Positions 61,138 through 64,000 of a stretch of 64,000 bases of DNA are shown piece after piece. Both the position numbers and the translations under genes were made by a program. Position 1 is the stretch's first letter. The number at the start of each line of letters is the position of its first letter. Under the pieces are notes generated by a model, which made no database searches, was not told where the DNA came from, and worked only from the letters and a program-made list of their open reading frames with translations. Origin of the DNA: an uncultured Candidatus Rokubacteria bacterium (GTDB lineage: Bacteria > Methylomirabilota > Methylomirabilia > Rokubacteriales > CSP1-6); the NCBI GenBank assembly GCA_963789955.1, contig CAWBMV010000001.1, forward strand, positions 256,001-320,000, read 5' to 3'.

Positions 61138-61800
61138 GTGCGGGCGCGGCCGGAGCCGCGCGATCCGCGCCGGCCGGGGCTCGCGGCGGTCGTGCTGCTG
61201 ATAACGCTCCTCCACGTTTCCTTTGCGCCGGCCGAGCCCATCGATACCTTGCTCGCCCAGGTCGACGCGCGAACGATCGCCGCGAGCGACATCGCATTGG
61301 CGCGCGCTCTTCGCGTGCTCGGCTTCGCGCCGTCGAGCTCGCCGATCACGCGCATCGATGTCGATCGCTTCGTCGATGTCCGGCTGATCCTCTCGGAAGC
61401 CGGAAAGATCGGAGTCGAGGCCGAGCCGGCTGCGCTCGACCGGGCGTGGGCCGAGGCCGCCGCGCGCGCCGGGGGCGAGGCCGCGCTGGCGCGCTGGCTC
61501 GAGGACAAGGCCATCGACCGCGACTGGGCGCGCCTGATGGTCGGGGAAGACATCGTGAAGTCGAAGTTCCTCGAGGCTCGATTCGCGGCGTTCATCGTCC
61601 CGGACGAGGAGATGGTGACGCGCGTGCTCGGCCCGGGCCAGCACGACGAAGAGGCGCGGGAGCGCGTGCGCCAGAAGCTGATCCGTGAGGCGGCGGTGGA
61701 GGCTCAAGCGAAGTGGCTCGATGACGCCCGGCGTCGGGCTTCTATCAAGATTCTGCTGCCCGACGGGGCGTCGGTCGTTCCGCCCTTTTCTGGGCCGTGA
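61138..61800 (+). CDS. SurA N-terminal-like periplasmic protein
   Basis: Signal peptide, IDTLLAQVDARTIAASDI and WLDDARRRASIKI; directly after the Omp85 gene. Confidence 0.65.
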   Translation: MRARPEPRDPRRPGLAAVVLLITLLHVSFAPAEPIDTLLAQVDARTIAASDIALARALRVLGFAPSSSPITRIDVDRFVDVRLILSEAGKIGVEAEPAALDRAWAEAAARAGGEAALARWLEDKAIDRDWARLMVGEDIVKSKFLEARFAAFIVPDEEMVTRVLGPGQHDEEARERVRQKLIREAAVEAQAKWLDDARRRASIKILLPDGASVVPPFSGP

Positions 61801-61807
61801 GCGACCT

Positions 61808-61979
61808 ATCGGGGCGGCACCGGGGCAGGGGTAGTGAAGGGGGTCCTGGGACCACGCGGCGCGCGTGCGCTGCTCCTGGGGTGGCTGGGCTCCATCTGGG
61901 CGCGCCTCGTCCGCGGCTCGCCTGGATGGAACGGGTCCCAGGACCCCCCTCACTACCCCTGCCCCGGCGCCGCCCCGAT
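61808..61979. repeat. 172-bp element with 46-bp terminal inverted repeats (MITE/REP-like)
   Basis: 61808-61853 and 61934-61979 are reverse complements with 2 mismatches, around an 80-bp core. Confidence 0.85.
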
Positions 61980-62222
61980 GACGTCGGCTCGCTGCGAGGG
62001 AGGGTTGCGACGATTCCCTGCGCAGCGGATTGGTCGAAGCGCGAATTTTCGGTGCGAGCCTAGGACGTCGTGGCAGGCATCGCGACGTCGTGCGCGGGCG
62101 GTCGTGTTGGGCGTGCCTGCATGACCGCCGTGCAGCTCGCCCTGCCCGATGGCCGTACGCCGACGCCGGCGTGAGGCGACCGCGAATGACCGCCCACGAC
62201 GCTTCCTTGGAGCGGGGTGGGG

Positions 62223-63446
62223 TTAGTTGGTTGGGGGGTGGCGGGCGGTGATGGTGGGGTCTGGTTTGGGGGCGTAGTGGAGGATGGCGATGTCGAGGGC
62301 GCGGAGCATGGCGAGGATGTAGGTGTCTTCTCGCCAGCGGGCGAAGAGGTGATCGGCGCCGAGCGCGACGATGTTGACGCCGCCGGGCCACACCGCGTCC
62401 GCCAGGAGCACGACGCCGTCGTTGGGGCCGCGCGACGTCAGGACTTGATAGCCCGGGTACACCTGATAGCCGACGCTGCCGGAGACGGGTACCGCGACGA
62501 CGTTGAGGACCATGATCGTCTCGGCCAACCGCAAGGTCTCGAGGCGCTGCCGGCTCTGTGTGGTCTCGAGCGACTCCAGCGCGTCCCAGTTCCAGCCGCT
62601 GAGCCAGAAAATTCCTCGAGCCATCCACCTCACCGGCCGGCGCAACGCCGAGTCGGCGAGCGGCGTCCCGCGCAACGCGCCAGCGATGTTGATCCACGCT
62701 GCGACGCAGCCGGCTTCCTCTGACGTCAGGCCGGCCAGGCCCATGGCCGCTTCGGCGCCCGACTTGCTGGCGCTGACCAGGACGACGGGCCCGTCGTCAC
62801 ACCCCAGCTCGCGGATCGTCCGGCTGATCACGGCCGCGTTGTCTTCGACCGAATCGCTCTCGCCCGACTCGGCCATCCGATTGCGGATGCCGAGCTCGTC
62901 GAGGAGCTGGCGCTGGCGCGCGAAATCGGCGCCGTTCTCCGGATGGCTCTTGTAGAGCCACGACGGCGCGAAGAGCACCGTGTAGGGAAAGGCCCGCGGA
63001 CGTTGCAGCGCATCGGCCGAGCGTCCCGCTCCTTCCTGTCGGAAGCGATCGAACGCGGCTTGCACCGTCCGGCTGCGGGAATCGGTCGTGAGCGCGCGCG
63101 CGAAGATCAGCGCGGCGAAATCCATCGACGTCTGGTCGGCGAGCTTCTTCAAGACGGCTTGATCCGGGAGGCGCGCCGTGTCGGCGGCTCTGCCGAGCTG
63201 CGGCTCACCCGACGCCAGATCGGCCAGATAAGAGCTTTCGGCCGCGGCCGGAGGCCAGGCATCGGCCAGACGCCGGGCCAGCAGATCGACGAGCAGCCGT
63301 CGCGCGGCGTCGGAATCGACCAGCGCCGCCAGCTCCGAGTCCGGCGAGTCGCTGTTCACCAGGTCGATCGGGCGGACGCAACCAAACGTCAAGGTCGCCG
63401 CGAGAGCGAGCGTGGCGCCGCGTACCGACCACGACGGACGAATCAA
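62223..63446 (-). CDS. Putative lipoprotein with an alpha/beta-hydrolase (lipase-like) fold
   Basis: Lipobox LTFGC, VVLVSASKSGAE nucleophile elbow, GALRGTPLAD, GPNDGVV and GADH. Confidence 0.7.
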   Translation of the reverse strand: MIRPSWSVRGATLALAATLTFGCVRPIDLVNSDSPDSELAALVDSDAARRLLVDLLARRLADAWPPAAAESSYLADLASGEPQLGRAADTARLPDQAVLKKLADQTSMDFAALIFARALTTDSRSRTVQAAFDRFRQEGAGRSADALQRPRAFPYTVLFAPSWLYKSHPENGADFARQRQLLDELGIRNRMAESGESDSVEDNAAVISRTIRELGCDDGPVVLVSASKSGAEAAMGLAGLTSEEAGCVAAWINIAGALRGTPLADSALRRPVRWMARGIFWLSGWNWDALESLETTQSRQRLETLRLAETIMVLNVVAVPVSGSVGYQVYPGYQVLTSRGPNDGVVLLADAVWPGGVNIVALGADHLFARWREDTYILAMLRALDIAILHYAPKPDPTITARHPPTN

Positions 63447-63459
63447 GAGGCTTCCTCTA

Positions 63460-64000
63460 TTACCCGACGATCTGGTGGAGGTACCACTCCGTGTAGCGAA
63501 TCACGTTGTATTCGCGCTTCGTAGAGTAGGGCCCGGGCGTGAACGCCGACGAGTTGACCCCGGCCTGATTCTTCTCGCAGAGATCCCAGTCCTGCTCGCT
63601 GGTGAGCTCCCAGAACGGGAGCAGCGCGTCCAGGACGTAGTCCTTACCTTCGACGGCGTCCTCGTGAACGAGCCACTGCACCTGCACGAGCGTCGTTTGC
63701 GGCCCGGCCGGCGCGAGCCGTGTAGCCACGGCGTGATCGGCGCTCGAGTGGTTCCAGAAGTTGGGCATCGTCCGCATGCGCAAGGTGCCGACGTCGCGCG
63801 TCCGGTACGAGCCCATCAGCGGCGCGACGGGCCGTCCGTCCATCGACTCGCTCACCCAGCCCGGCACCAGCGGCGTGCGGTTGATCGACCACCAGTAGTC
63901 GGGCGACGGGAAGCGCACCATGCCTGCCTCCTGGTAGTCGATCCGAAGCCCGTCGGCCTTCAGGCGATCCGACGTCACCCGGGCCTGCGTCTCGATCTCG
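63460..64000 (-). CDS. Rieske aromatic-ring-hydroxylating oxygenase alpha subunit, C-terminal part (glycine-betaine/choline monooxygenase-like); runs off the window
   Basis: SESMDGRPVAPLMG, PNFWNHSSADHAV, WLVHEDAVEGKDY and FWELTSEQDWDLCEKNQAGVNS..PGPYS. Confidence 0.88.
   Translation of the reverse strand, partial: EIETQARVTSDRLKADGLRIDYQEAGMVRFPSPDYWWSINRTPLVPGWVSESMDGRPVAPLMGSYRTRDVGTLRMRTMPNFWNHSSADHAVATRLAPAGPQTTLVQVQWLVHEDAVEGKDYVLDALLPFWELTSEQDWDLCEKNQAGVNSSAFTPGPYSTKREYNVIRYTEWYLHQIVG

Overview
High-GC (about 70% by eye), gene-dense bacterial chromosomal region. The gene content resembles Rokubacteria/Methylomirabilota-type soil bacteria, which is an inference. Many genes carry single-base frameshifts that look like uncorrected long-read errors, worst at 57.5-60.5 kb. 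No rRNA, tRNA, CRISPR array, integrase or transposase was seen. 0-11 kb: LarA-like fragment, LLM oxidoreductase, thiolase and a degenerate HMG-CoA-synthase/DUF35 fusion split by an anion transporter, M48-like lipoprotein, tesA-ybbAP, VOC protein. 11-19 kb: multi-GAF hybrid kinase, and an ATP-grasp / NifU / B12-type radical SAM operon. The radical SAM gene has an in-frame UGA (PWFC-U-AEP) followed by a SECIS-like hairpin, so it is probably a selenoprotein; a CDGSH gene is divergent from it. 19-35 kb: AI-2E transporter, sigma54-type promoters, a catabolic-looking operon (amidohydrolase, methyltransferase, tautomerase, sugar-type ABC, adenylate cyclase-AAA-TPR, crotonase), FecR protein, LLM and cysteine synthase. 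35-54 kb: envelope and signalling island with two sensor kinases, two stand-alone receivers, a FixJ-type regulator, MscS, Pal, a truncated sulfatase, an octaheme-HEAT-TPR protein and DUF481. Its intergenic regions repeatedly carry a TGGAC-N4-GTCCA palindrome, a candidate regulon. 54-64 kb: TamB and Omp85 genes, a 172-bp inverted-repeat element, a lipase-like lipoprotein and a partial Rieske oxygenase.
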